Positions 28,698 through 38,019 of a stretch of DNA of 58,951 bases are shown one piece after another. Both the position numbers and the translations under genes were made by a program. Source of the DNA: a virus (Duplodnaviria; Caudoviricetes); IMG/VR virus record IMGVR_UViG_3300037313_001644, positions 1-58,951 of that record; one strand, written 5' to 3'. Each line of letters opens with the position of its first letter. Position 1 is the stretch's first letter. The notes under the pieces were generated by a model, which ran no database searches, was not told the origin of the DNA, and saw only the letters and a program-made list of their open reading frames with translations.

Positions 28698-28887
28698 TCT
28701 GCTCAGTCATCCGGACGAACCGGAGATGACCGCCGAGGCGCTTACGTCGGAACAGGCTTACGAGGACCAGCGCAACGCCAAGATCGAATGGGGTCGCGGC
28801 AACGCGTCGATTATCGACCGCGCGTGCTGGTGGTTTCAGGATGCCGGCGTCAAGTCGCTGAGCTGCCCAAAGCGCCCCGCGAACTAA
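28585..28887 (+). CDS. Outer-membrane spanin lipoprotein (Rz1-like)
   Basis: Lipobox-like AASC, then PPANLL..P..P; overlaps the i-spanin in another frame. Confidence 0.75.
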   Translation: MRHAVFRISALVLVSTLLPAASCGERPSSAGNLNPPANLLSHPDEPEMTAEALTSEQAYEDQRNAKIEWGRGNASIIDRACWWFQDAGVKSLSCPKRPAN

Positions 28888-28903
28888 GCGAAGGCAAAGC
28901 CGG

Positions 28904-30424
28904 ATGCCCGCCACCCCTGAACGCATCGCGTTCGTCGAGCAGCCGTTCCGCTCGGCCGTGTGGGAATCGCCGACCGTGCGCGACTGGTACGGCAAGGTCG
29001 CGCGCGATACGAAGGACCAGCCCTTCAACTCGTTCTTCGACAGCGTCACCGATGCACAGCGCTACATCAACGAGCGCGGGTTCCTGCTCGGCACGCACGC
29101 GCGGCGCTTCCGCACGACGATCGATGGGATCCTGAGCGAGGCCGAAATCGACCTCAGCCAGGCCGTGCCCGCGGTCACGCTGATCGACGACGAGCTGGTC
29201 GCCGACATGACGGTTGCGGTCGTGGCGATCGAGGCAGTCGACTTCGACAACGAGCGCACCATCCTCAACACCTGGGGCGTGATCGGGCAAACGCCGGCGG
29301 CCATCTCCTCGGCGGCAGGAGCGGCGGCTGGCTCGGGCGATACCGAGGCAACTCCTGACGCGGCGCGCATTCACACTGGCATGGGCTCAGCGGCCGGGCA
29401 TGGCGGGGTCGGTGCACAAGGGCAGACGCCAACGACCGAATCCGGTGCGGGATCATCCTCTGGCAGCGGGGAAGGCGCGGCTGTCGGCGCGAGCGAAACC
29501 ATTGCGGCTGGTGCTGGGTCGGCCGATGGGAGTGGCACGGCCGCAGGCGATGGAACGGGCCTTGGCGACGGTGCTGGAGCAGGCGAAGGGGATGGCGCGG
29601 GCGCAGCATCCGGAGCGGGCGGATCAATCGCGGCGGCGGCAGGCACAGCGGCCGGCAGCGGCGCAGATAGCGGTGATGGATCGTCCACCTCTGTGCAGAG
29701 TGCCGCCGGATCCGCTGCGGGTGCAGGTGCGGCGAGTGCAAACAGCTCGACCGAACCGGCTTGGACGGGTGCTCCCGGCTACATCGGTCATGGAACGCAG
29801 GTCGTCGTCGACGGTGTTACTTCCCTCGACGTACCTTACCCCTCCGGCATCCAGTACCACGACATTCTGATCCTACAGGTCTATGGCAGCCGCAACACCG
29901 GAACGCCGACCATTAGCACCCCATCCGGATGGAACCTTATCAGCAGCGGAAATGCGCGCACCGACGGAGTCCAGCAGGGTGGCACCTATTGGAAGCGGGC
30001 GGACGGCACCGAGAGCGGAACAGTCCATGTGACTGTGAACGTAAGCAGCCCCTCTAGCCACTATCAAGGCGGTATGATGTCGATCGTTCGTGGGTGCGTG
30101 GCAACGGGAACACCTTACGAAGCTCTCGCATCGAACTTCGGAACCAGCACGACGCCTACCGGCTCGGCAGTGACCACCACAGGATCGGACAGACTGGTAA
30201 CGAATCTGATCGGGCGCGGCGGTGGCTTCGCAACGGCGACGGTTGCCCCTGCCGCGGGATGGACAGAGGAATTTGAGGTCGCTGGAACAGTGCTGGGACA
30301 GTTCGTCGATTTCATCTGGCATGATCGCGTCGCAGCGAGTGCTGCAACGATTGCAGCCGAAGCGACCACCTCATCGGACAACGCAAACTGGCGTGTAGAC
30401 TCGCTCGCGTTCCTACCGCGCTAA
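28904..30424 (+). CDS. Tail protein with a Gly/Ala/Ser-rich stalk and C-terminal putative receptor-binding domain
   Basis: N-terminal tail-like domain; AGSA.GSG repeats; lower-GC C terminus with a TPSGW...WKRA pattern. Confidence 0.7.
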   Translation: MPATPERIAFVEQPFRSAVWESPTVRDWYGKVARDTKDQPFNSFFDSVTDAQRYINERGFLLGTHARRFRTTIDGILSEAEIDLSQAVPAVTLIDDELVADMTVAVVAIEAVDFDNERTILNTWGVIGQTPAAISSAAGAAAGSGDTEATPDAARIHTGMGSAAGHGGVGAQGQTPTTESGAGSSSGSGEGAAVGASETIAAGAGSADGSGTAAGDGTGLGDGAGAGEGDGAGAASGAGGSIAAAAGTAAGSGADSGDGSSTSVQSAAGSAAGAGAASANSSTEPAWTGAPGYIGHGTQVVVDGVTSLDVPYPSGIQYHDILILQVYGSRNTGTPTISTPSGWNLISSGNARTDGVQQGGTYWKRADGTESGTVHVTVNVSSPSSHYQGGMMSIVRGCVATGTPYEALASNFGTSTTPTGSAVTTTGSDRLVTNLIGRGGGFATATVAPAAGWTEEFEVAGTVLGQFVDFIWHDRVAASAATIAAEATTSSDNANWRVDSLAFLPR

Positions 30425-30641
30425 AGTCCTGAAACCGTCGTAAGGCCGATCCACAGCAGTACCGCGCCGATCACGAGCGCGGCACCGATCTCGGTTTTCG
30501 AGGAGCCTTCCCATGCGGGGAACAGGACTTTCAGCAAGTCGTGCATGGCCGCCTAGATAACGTAAATTCAACACCGGCGCAAAAGCGGAACCTTGATCCC
30601 GCCCGTGCAACGGCATCTGAGAGATTGGAGCTTTAAAGCCT

Positions 30642-31430
30642 GTGGCAAAGAAACCATTCTTCGTCATTCCCACGCCGCTGGAGACCGTGACGGCCGGCAA
30701 CGAGCTCGCCGCGCGTCCCGCCTCGCACCTCGGTGAGTTCTTCTACCGCGGCATGGTGTGGGAGACGTCCGATAACACGAACCTCTGGGCGCGCTGCGAC
30801 CTCGGCGCGGCGCAGGACATCGATTTCGTCGGCGTCCTGGCCGCGAACGCCACGCCCTCGACCACCATCCGCATCCGCCTCGGCGACAGCCAGGCCGCGG
30901 TCGACGGCACGGCGGACTATGACAGCGGTGCGCTGCCGTTCATCGATCCCGCCATCACCCGCAAGGACGGCCTCTATCACTCGCACCACGAACTGCCGTC
31001 GGTGCAGACGAACAGCTGGCTGAGGATCGACATCGGCAGCCACAGCGGCACCTTCTCCGCATCGATGCTGGTCGCCGGCAAGAAGCTCGAGCCGACCCAG
31101 TATTACGAGACGCAGTGGGAGCGCTCGGTGCGCGACCTGGGCGCGATCACATTCTCACGGAACGGGGTGCCGGGCCTCAGCATCGGCAGCAAGCTGCGCG
31201 CGATCCAGTACACGCTTGCCTGGATCACCGAAGCGGAGATGGAGGAGATGTTCTCGCCCATGGACGAGGAGGTCGGCCGGACGTCGCCGCTGTTCCTCGC
31301 CTTCGACCCCGAGGCGACCGAGTACCGGCAGCGCCGCACCTTCTTCGGCTTCAACGAGGATCAGCCGAGCCTGACCAAGCGCGGCTACAACCGCTTCGAG
31401 CGCAGCTTCCAGTTCCTCAGCCTGTTCTAG
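30642..31430 (+). CDS. Distal-tail-like protein
   Basis: CDLGAAQDIDFVGV and WLRIDI beta-sandwich patterns; last gene of the late operon. Confidence 0.65.
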   Translation: MAKKPFFVIPTPLETVTAGNELAARPASHLGEFFYRGMVWETSDNTNLWARCDLGAAQDIDFVGVLAANATPSTTIRIRLGDSQAAVDGTADYDSGALPFIDPAITRKDGLYHSHHELPSVQTNSWLRIDIGSHSGTFSASMLVAGKKLEPTQYYETQWERSVRDLGAITFSRNGVPGLSIGSKLRAIQYTLAWITEAEMEEMFSPMDEEVGRTSPLFLAFDPEATEYRQRRTFFGFNEDQPSLTKRGYNRFERSFQFLSLF

Positions 31431-31621
31431 GAGAGAGGGGCAACGGGAGGACCGCGAGTCAGCGCTCTCCGGGGGGAGCTTACGCTTGCTCGCCTGAACG
31501 GTCCTCCCGGCCCGAGCAGCCGACCCGATCCGGCGGGGGGAAGTCGGCCCTGACCGCAACTAACGGCAGTCCATCGCAGAGGTCAAATCAACGAGCTCGC
31601 CCCTGAGACGGTGGCGGAGCG

Positions 31622-31667
31622 GCGTCGCCGGCGGTTTCCGGCTTTTCCGTCGGCGGCGCTTGCATTT
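31622..31667. terminator. Hairpin between convergent operons
   Basis: GCGTCGCCGGCGG...CCGTCGGCGGCGC stem. Confidence 0.55.
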
Positions 31668-31684
31668 CCACGGTCGAGGGTTGG

Positions 31685-31828
31685 TCATCGCCGCCCTTTA
31701 AACCTTGGGAACAAACCCCTCTTGCGGCGCCGATGGTCGATAATGCGTCCGACCACTCCGTGCAGAATGTGGATGAGAATCGCACCGAGGATTGCCCCAT
31801 AGATGAGGCCTATCCAAAAGTGGTTCAT
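31685..31828 (-). CDS. Small single-TM protein
   Basis: MNHFWIGLIYGAILGAILIHIL with a basic tail; ATGA overlap. Confidence 0.6.
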   Translation of the reverse strand: MNHFWIGLIYGAILGAILIHILHGVVGRIIDHRRRKRGLFPRFKGRR

Positions 31829-32214
31829 TCGCCGATCACCTCCACGACATCCCAGCCCATGCGCTCCGCGAGCTTCTTCGCGAGCCACGACCATTGCCAG
31901 AACTCCATCGCCTCATGCCATGGAGCGACACCATTGACGGTCGTAAGCGGGATTCTGAGCACATCCCCGATGTCGACCTCGCCCTCGCGATCGCTGCAGC
32001 CGATCGTCGCTGCGAGCCAAGCGCCGTCCTTCAACTCCCACAACTGCAGGCGCGTCCAGCGGGCGCTATTCCTGTGTCCGCCGTCCCGGCGTTCGCGGTC
32101 GCTATCGACTTCCGCGATCAGGCGGCCGGTCCAGCGCACGTCCGGCTTATCCTTGCGCGCTAGGGTGACCTCATGGAGGTTGCGCGCCATATCCACCGGC
32201 TTGCTCTTGGTCAT
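31825..32214 (-). CDS. Hypothetical early protein
   Basis: Starts at the conserved leader GGAAAGGAACGGAC-ATG. Confidence 0.8.
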   Translation of the reverse strand: MTKSKPVDMARNLHEVTLARKDKPDVRWTGRLIAEVDSDRERRDGGHRNSARWTRLQLWELKDGAWLAATIGCSDREGEVDIGDVLRIPLTTVNGVAPWHEAMEFWQWSWLAKKLAERMGWDVVEVIGE

Positions 32215-32228
32215 GTCCGTTCCTTTCC
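32212..32228 (-). promoter_or_regulatory. Start-associated leader repeat, copy 1 (17 nt)
   Basis: GGAAAGGAACGGACATG on the minus strand. Confidence 0.9.
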
Positions 32229-32231
32229 CTT

Positions 32232-32345
32232 TCAGTGCCGCCATCCGGCGACGATGAGCGCGACCACGATAATGCCGCGGATTTCATTCAGCACCAGTAT
32301 CGCGATCGCGATACGCGTGAACTTGCGAGGAAGGTGCAGCCTCAT
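32232..32345 (-). CDS. Small hydrophobic protein
   Basis: 37 aa; ATGA overlap with the ligase stop. Confidence 0.55.
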   Translation of the reverse strand: MRLHLPRKFTRIAIAILVLNEIRGIIVVALIVAGWRH

Positions 32346-33184
32346 CTGAGGTGCCCCTGCCTGAGCTGCCCGGTGTCGGTCCATTCCATCGCCTCGACCT
32401 CGACCGCCTGCCCCGCGACGTAGCAATTGCCACGAAGCGGGGGCGGCACGGCGACGCGCAGCTTGCGGCCCTGATACTCTACCCGCGCCGCGGCGCCATC
32501 CTTCAGCCGCTCGAGATAGGTGCATGTCAGCCGCAGCGTCTGCTTCACCTTGAGCCAGGTCGGCCGCCGCCCACGCACATAAGGCGCGGACGCGTCCTTC
32601 AGCACCATGCCTTCGCCGCCGCGATCCCAGAACCATTGCGCCAGGCGCATCAGGTCTTCGTTTTCCACGATGGAGCGTTGCGGGCTCAGCACGATGCTCT
32701 TGGGCGTCCAGTCGTCGAGCGCCATCTCCATCAGGCCCCGGCGCTCGCTGAGCGGCCGGCTCCACGATCCAGCGCGCCAGTGCTGGAGCGGCACGGCGTC
32801 GAAGAGATGGAAGCGGCCGCACCCCTCGCCTTCGCGGAAGGCCTTCAGGGTCGCGAGGAACCCGCCTGCCTCCTGATACTCGCCGTCGAAGACCATCGGC
32901 ACGCCGAAGCGGTGCTGCAGCCGTTCGAGTTCGGACCTCAGATGCTCGGCGCAGGCGAGCGGCTCGCCTTTGCGGGTGACGATCGCGCCGTCGATCCACA
33001 GCATGCGGATGCCGTCGATCTTCTCTTCCACGACCCAGGGTCCGCCCCTGAGGCCCCGCCCGTTCCACACGCCGGCGAGCTGGCAAAGCTCGGCTGGGCC
33101 ATGAACGAAGCGCGGATCCCGCGGCGGCGGAACGGCCGGACCCAGCGGCGGTGCGTTTGCCATGCCGGAGTAGAGGCCCGTCAT
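32342..33184 (-). CDS. Minimal ATP-dependent DNA ligase
   Basis: Motif I EKIDGIR, III FDGE, IIIa FHLFD, IV EGMVLK, V WLKVK. Confidence 0.9.
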   Translation of the reverse strand: MTGLYSGMANAPPLGPAVPPPRDPRFVHGPAELCQLAGVWNGRGLRGGPWVVEEKIDGIRMLWIDGAIVTRKGEPLACAEHLRSELERLQHRFGVPMVFDGEYQEAGGFLATLKAFREGEGCGRFHLFDAVPLQHWRAGSWSRPLSERRGLMEMALDDWTPKSIVLSPQRSIVENEDLMRLAQWFWDRGGEGMVLKDASAPYVRGRRPTWLKVKQTLRLTCTYLERLKDGAAARVEYQGRKLRVAVPPPLRGNCYVAGQAVEVEAMEWTDTGQLRQGHLR

Positions 33185-33399
33185 TGCACGACCTCAGCGA
33201 TCTTTCGTGGCAATACCCGCGTCCAGTGAGTGATCGCATTGGGCCCGTCGCGCAGCCTCCAATCAAGGTGCTCTGCTGCGTCCGTGCAATCGAGAACACT
33301 ACCGTCGGCGAGCAAGACGACGTTCGCCTCCGTCGCTGCTATGCCGTAGGCGTTCTCCCGCCACGTTGAGCCGAAGGGGAGGCGTGGCAGAACCGTCAT
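33181..33399 (-). CDS. Hypothetical protein
   Basis: ATGA coupling at both ends; ITHW motif. Confidence 0.6.
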   Translation of the reverse strand: MTVLPRLPFGSTWRENAYGIAATEANVVLLADGSVLDCTDAAEHLDWRLRDGPNAITHWTRVLPRKIAEVVQ

Positions 33400-36032
33400 T
33401 GCAGCCTTTCCGTGCCGCCCTGAAGCGACCATACAGGCTGTGCATTCGCACGAAGGGGAGGGGTGAGCTTGATCCGCCCGCCGCTGCGCAGCTCGATCAG
33501 TTCGTTCTCGAGCGCCACGATGCGCGCCTGCTTATCGTCGAGCACGATATTCCAGCGCACGTCGGCGCTGTCCGCCCGTGCGGTCTCCTCAGCAAGCCGC
33601 GCCTGTGCAGCGTCCAGCTGCCGCGCCAGGTCCGCCGCCTTGAACTCCGCATCCTCCGCGCGCCGCGCTTCCGATGCTGCCCGAGAGGCGGCTTTGGCAT
33701 TCTCACGACTGAGGGCGCGCATCCTCAGCGCATGGCGAATTGCCGCCCGCCGCTTGCGCCGTTCGCGGTCCGCCCGATCGTTCGCCGCACGCTGAGCCAG
33801 AAGGTTGTTGCGGTTCATGTCGTGCGCCAGTTCCGTCGCCCGCCGCGCGCCGTCCCGCTGCCGCCTGAGGCGCAGATATGCCCGCACTATCCTCAGCCGC
33901 CGTTCCCGCGTGAAATTGTTGTTGTCAGGCAAATAAGCGGCTGGCGGGGCGACGATTTCTGTTTCCGGTTGCGTTCTACTACTGTTCACAACGGCCTCGA
34001 GCGCCGCGATCCGCGCCGCCATCGCCGCAAGCACCGCGCCGATGTCCTCGCCTGCGGCCTCGAAACCGCCCGCATCGGGCCGCTGAGCCGCCTCAGGCGC
34101 GTTTTCCGCGATGGAGGGCTGTGGGGCAGCCGTTTCCTCGTCCTGCGCTTCTACGGCCATATTTTCGGCCTCAGCGGCGATTTGTGCCGCACGCTGCTCG
34201 GCTGGGAACGGGATTATCGCGGCGGAGGGTTCGTCATCCGCCTCCCCATGCCATCCGCTCAGCCGCATCGCGATATCGGCAATCGCCTCGACCGCCATGC
34301 TTGCCTCGACCGTCGGCCTGGGCTGCAGCGCCGCAATCACGGCGGCCGGATCGGCGGTGTAGGCGTCCATCACCTCGCGGTCCGTCATCCTGCGCCGCTT
34401 GTTCTTCCCGCCGCGTTCCCTTGCCGCAATCGTCATCATCGGTTCGGGCAGCCGCCAGCCTTCGGGCAGGATGCGGCCGTGATGGAAGGTGAGCGGCTTG
34501 ATCTCCACGCGCTCCCAGTCGGCCGGATCGCCGGCGAGGCGCGCAACCGCCGCCGCATCCAGCAGGATCGCGCCGTTCTTCGTCGCCAGCGCGCGTTCGT
34601 CGACGCCGGGTGTTCCTACGGTGACGGCCGCCGCCATGCCAGCGCGCTCGCGCGGCATCGCGACCGAATAGGATCCTTCCTGATAGACATCGCCGCCGAC
34701 GTACCGCGCGACCGTGCGCGTCGTGAACGTCTCGTAATCCGCCTCTTCGACCATCGTATAGCCACAGCGCCCGAACGTCGCGCCGATGACTAGGCCCTCA
34801 CGGATGATAAGGCTTGAGTCGACGATAGTCTCGACGCGCCTAATGCCTTCGGCGCGCTTGCTTGGCCGGTATGTACGCCGCCGCGAATCCCAGATTTGTG
34901 CCTCTTCTGGATATTCAACGCGATCGATCTCGTGCGTGAATTGTGGCAGGCCCGCATCCGTCGCGAGGCCGGTGAGATATTCCAGCGCCTTTTTATGGCC
35001 GTCGTGCGCCATCTCATAGGCATATCCCTTGGGCAGCGCATCCGGCTTCAGCAGCATCGCAAGCGCGCCGAATTCGGGCGCGGCCGGCACGGTGAGATAA
35101 ACGCGGTCTTCCGTCATCTCCACGACGGGGACCGAGCCGAAGGCCTTGCGAACCATTTCCACGGCGGAGACCGGCAGACGTGGCTCGGCCTCCGGCAAGC
35201 CGACGATCTGCATCTCGGCATCATCGGCCGGGATGAGCGACCGCCAGTCAGGGAACGTCCCGTCGATCAGCTTCGCGACCAGGCGCACGGCACCCGCCTC
35301 GATCACCGCACGGTAACCCGTCGTGGCAATCGCGGCCGGACCGTCAAAGCCCTTCAGCGAGCGCCGCAGGATATCGCCGGCCTTGCGGGGCAGGATGGAG
35401 TCCGGCAGCGCTTCCGCACCGGCTGGGATGTCGCGCGTTACCCAGGCGCAGTTGTGACCGTCCAGCGCGGCCAGATAAAACGCGCCGTCGCGCACCTGCA
35501 GCGCCGTTCCCATGAGATAGTAGCGGGTTTCCTCGCGCCCTTCCGCCCATGCGACGTGCGCAAGGTCGGCGAGCAGCTGCGCGGCCGGAAGCGCGAATTC
35601 GGCCGCTTCCTCGCCTTCCTTCGGCTTGATCAGCGGGAAATCGTCGGCAGGCTTGTAAGCGATCTTGCCGCGCGTGCGGCCGGCGACCATTTCCACGGCT
35701 CCGGCGCCGCAGTCGCGCAATTCGAGTTGTGCGCCCTTGTCCGCCTTCTTCACCATGTCCGCGAACGTCGCGGCCGGCAGGCAGAAATGGGCGGGCTGTT
35801 CCCATGTGCACGGCACCTGCAGCGTGAGCTGGACGTCCAGGTCCGTCGCCGTGATTGCCACGGCGGAGGCGTCGGCAGTCGGCTCGAAAAGCAGATACGA
35901 CAGAATCGGGATGGTGTTGCGCCGCTCGACGACGCGGCACAGCAATGCGAGCGCTTCGTGGAGCGCGTTGCGATCGATGGTGAGGCCCAGCGCCGCCTCA
36001 GCGGCGGGAGCCTCGATAGTCTCTTGCTTCAT
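33396..36032 (-). CDS. Beta-clamp-derived protein with a ~600-aa C-terminal extension
   Basis: VVERRNTIPILS, ATDLD, EETRYYLMG, ALDGH and KLIDGTFPDW in the first ~265 aa; remainder unrelated and ends in a coiled coil. Confidence 0.85.
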   Translation of the reverse strand: MKQETIEAPAAEAALGLTIDRNALHEALALLCRVVERRNTIPILSYLLFEPTADASAVAITATDLDVQLTLQVPCTWEQPAHFCLPAATFADMVKKADKGAQLELRDCGAGAVEMVAGRTRGKIAYKPADDFPLIKPKEGEEAAEFALPAAQLLADLAHVAWAEGREETRYYLMGTALQVRDGAFYLAALDGHNCAWVTRDIPAGAEALPDSILPRKAGDILRRSLKGFDGPAAIATTGYRAVIEAGAVRLVAKLIDGTFPDWRSLIPADDAEMQIVGLPEAEPRLPVSAVEMVRKAFGSVPVVEMTEDRVYLTVPAAPEFGALAMLLKPDALPKGYAYEMAHDGHKKALEYLTGLATDAGLPQFTHEIDRVEYPEEAQIWDSRRRTYRPSKRAEGIRRVETIVDSSLIIREGLVIGATFGRCGYTMVEEADYETFTTRTVARYVGGDVYQEGSYSVAMPRERAGMAAAVTVGTPGVDERALATKNGAILLDAAAVARLAGDPADWERVEIKPLTFHHGRILPEGWRLPEPMMTIAARERGGKNKRRRMTDREVMDAYTADPAAVIAALQPRPTVEASMAVEAIADIAMRLSGWHGEADDEPSAAIIPFPAEQRAAQIAAEAENMAVEAQDEETAAPQPSIAENAPEAAQRPDAGGFEAAGEDIGAVLAAMAARIAALEAVVNSSRTQPETEIVAPPAAYLPDNNNFTRERRLRIVRAYLRLRRQRDGARRATELAHDMNRNNLLAQRAANDRADRERRKRRAAIRHALRMRALSRENAKAASRAASEARRAEDAEFKAADLARQLDAAQARLAEETARADSADVRWNIVLDDKQARIVALENELIELRSGGRIKLTPPLRANAQPVWSLQGGTERLQ

Positions 36033-36049
36033 GTCCGTTCCTTTCCGTT
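36030..36049 (-). promoter_or_regulatory. Start-associated leader repeat, copy 2
   Basis: AACGGAAAGGAACGGACATG. Confidence 0.9.
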
Positions 36050-36146
36050 CGGGGCTGCCTCTTCAGTGCCGCCGAGCCCAACGGCGGCAGACGCACGGCC
36101 GGTGCTATCCCGTGGAAGAGGGACAGCATCGGCCGGCGTTTCGGCT

Positions 36147-36302
36147 TTAGGTACGCCGCGTCTCCGCGCCCTCGATCAGCATCCACAGCGCCAGCACAAG
36201 CGCGGGTGCGGCGAGCATGGGCAGCGGCTGCAGCCAGTCTGGGGCGGATCCGCAGCCGAGCGAAACGGCAACGGCAATGCCGATGCAAAGCGCGCGGCGC
36301 AT
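36147..36302 (-). CDS. Small membrane protein
   Basis: Two hydrophobic segments; starts right after the upstream stop. Confidence 0.55.
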   Translation of the reverse strand: MRRALCIGIAVAVSLGCGSAPDWLQPLPMLAAPALVLALWMLIEGAETRRT

Positions 36303-36303
36303 C

Positions 36304-36915
36304 TCAGGCCGCCTCGCTCGCTTTGTGCGCTTTGAGCATCGCCGCCGCGCTCGACTCATAAGGACCTATGATCCTGAGCAAGCCAGCGAGCGCTGCCTCT
36401 TCACACAGGTCACCTTTATCGAGGCGAGAGAAGAGTTGTTCTACGCGGCGCGTCTGTTCCCGCGCCAAAAGCCATTCAGCCTTCGCCGCTTCGTCGCGGT
36501 TCTTAAACGTGGGCTGCTTGTCGAAAGGCCGGAGATCGCAAGCGATGCGCCACTTGCGGTCCTCATAGTTGTTTGAGACGCATCCGCAGGCACCCGTTGG
36601 ATAGGTTACATTGTGAACATACCAACCGCCGTGCCGCCAGCGTGAATAATCAAACCGCTCTGGTGGCTGCTCAGGATCTTGCAAGGCTTCGTCGCAAATC
36701 TCCTCGCCATCGGCGCTGTCTAAGAACAGGTGGGGGTCCAGTGGCTCGGTATCGGCGAATCCGGCGCCGTTCTGGATAGTTACGATCTCCGCATCAATCG
36801 CGCGCCAGGCATCAGCTTTGGCAATGCGCTCTGCCTCTTCCGCTGTGTCGGCTTCGATCTCGCGTTTGATGAAGCGGCGCACGTTGAACGAATAGGTAGC
36901 CTCGTATTTTGCCAT
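36304..36915 (-). CDS. Hypothetical early protein
   Basis: RBS GGAGG; IEADTAEEAERIA motif; GACGCVSNNY segment. Confidence 0.75.
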   Translation of the reverse strand: MAKYEATYSFNVRRFIKREIEADTAEEAERIAKADAWRAIDAEIVTIQNGAGFADTEPLDPHLFLDSADGEEICDEALQDPEQPPERFDYSRWRHGGWYVHNVTYPTGACGCVSNNYEDRKWRIACDLRPFDKQPTFKNRDEAAKAEWLLAREQTRRVEQLFSRLDKGDLCEEAALAGLLRIIGPYESSAAAMLKAHKASEAA

Positions 36916-36918
36916 GGC

Positions 36919-37641
36919 TCAGGCCTCCACTTCGTCGACAAGGTGGCAAAGCGCGCCGCACTCGGGGCATTCACCCGCGGGCATGATCTCGCCAGGTGCA
37001 ACGCGCTGTGGCAGACTCACGATCTCGCCGCAGTCGCGCTCGCGGCCGGTCCAGGCGCAGTCGGCGCACGCGACGCGCGGCGACTCTTCCTCTTGGGCCC
37101 TCAGCTCGCGATCCTTTGCCGCGATAGAGGCCGCCTTGGCGCGTGCATATTCAATCGCCAGATGATCGATCAGCGATGAAGGCCGCGCCGTGTGCCGTTG
37201 CGGGCGCTTCGGCCGGTCGCGCTCAGCGTAGAGAGTTAGCAGCGTGATTAGCTCAGACGTTTCAGGCGTCGCCGAGCCGAGCACCTTTAGCACGCCGCGC
37301 ACGGCTTCCAGGCTTCCCGTTGCAGCGTCCAGCGCTTCGCCTAGAGCACTTTCGAGCGCGAAGAGCCGCAGCGTTTCCGCTGATAGAGGCTCAGCATCGG
37401 CCGGGATCAGATGATGCGCCGGCCAATCGTCGCCATCGCGGTCCGTAAAAAGCGGAGCGGCAACGATCATCTGAGTCGTCGAGGTATCCCAAAAGACCTC
37501 CGACTCACCGTTATGAACATAAGCATTTGTTGCCGTGGGATCCGACGCGATGAACGTGCAGCTGGCGGCGCTCGCGATAAGCTCCGACGTGCCCTGCAGT
37601 TCGGCGCCAGTTGGCGCGATAAAGTCGAATTGCTCTTTCAT
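36919..37641 (-). CDS. Hypothetical early protein with a C-terminal Zn-finger
   Basis: Starts at the leader repeat; CADC...CPECG. Confidence 0.75.
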   Translation of the reverse strand: MKEQFDFIAPTGAELQGTSELIASAASCTFIASDPTATNAYVHNGESEVFWDTSTTQMIVAAPLFTDRDGDDWPAHHLIPADAEPLSAETLRLFALESALGEALDAATGSLEAVRGVLKVLGSATPETSELITLLTLYAERDRPKRPQRHTARPSSLIDHLAIEYARAKAASIAAKDRELRAQEEESPRVACADCAWTGRERDCGEIVSLPQRVAPGEIMPAGECPECGALCHLVDEVEA

Positions 37642-37658
37642 GTCCGTTCCTTTCCGTT
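37639..37658 (-). promoter_or_regulatory. Start-associated leader repeat, copy 3
   Basis: AACGGAAAGGAACGGACATG. Confidence 0.9.
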
Positions 37659-37742
37659 TCGTTCGTTGATTGCTACGGCTCAGGCTTCCGCCGCTATTGC
37701 GGCAAAGGGTACGCGGGAGAGTCGGAATTGGTCGCACCAGGT

Positions 37743-38006
37743 CTAGGCCAGCCGGATTGTCGGCGCGTTGAGGCGCGCCGATGCTTCGCGAACTCGCTCC
37801 TCATAGCGCGCTTGCGATAGCTTGCCGGCATTGAACGCGACGGCGCGACTAACGGCCGTAGGATCGAAATAAGGCGCGCCATCCATGCGCGCGACAGGCG
37901 CAAGCGCGCTAATGATCGATTGCGCCAGGCGAGTCCCTTCCTCGCCCCAGCCTAGAGACTGGCGCGCCATGTGGAGCGCCATCGTTTCACTAACTGCCAT
38001 ATCCAT
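37743..38006 (-). CDS. Hypothetical early protein
   Basis: RBS AAGGGAG before the ATG at 38006. Confidence 0.6.
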   Translation of the reverse strand: MDMAVSETMALHMARQSLGWGEEGTRLAQSIISALAPVARMDGAPYFDPTAVSRAVAFNAGKLSQARYEERVREASARLNAPTIRLA

Positions 38007-38019
38007 GAGAGAGACTCCC

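Noticed and set aside
30425-30641. Hidden gene or promoter in the gap between tail genes
   Set aside because: Somewhat AT-rich, but no convincing RBS, ORF or repeat
23228-31430. Diversity-generating retroelement or invertible tail-fibre cassette
   Set aside because: No reverse transcriptase, template/variable repeat pair or invertase seen
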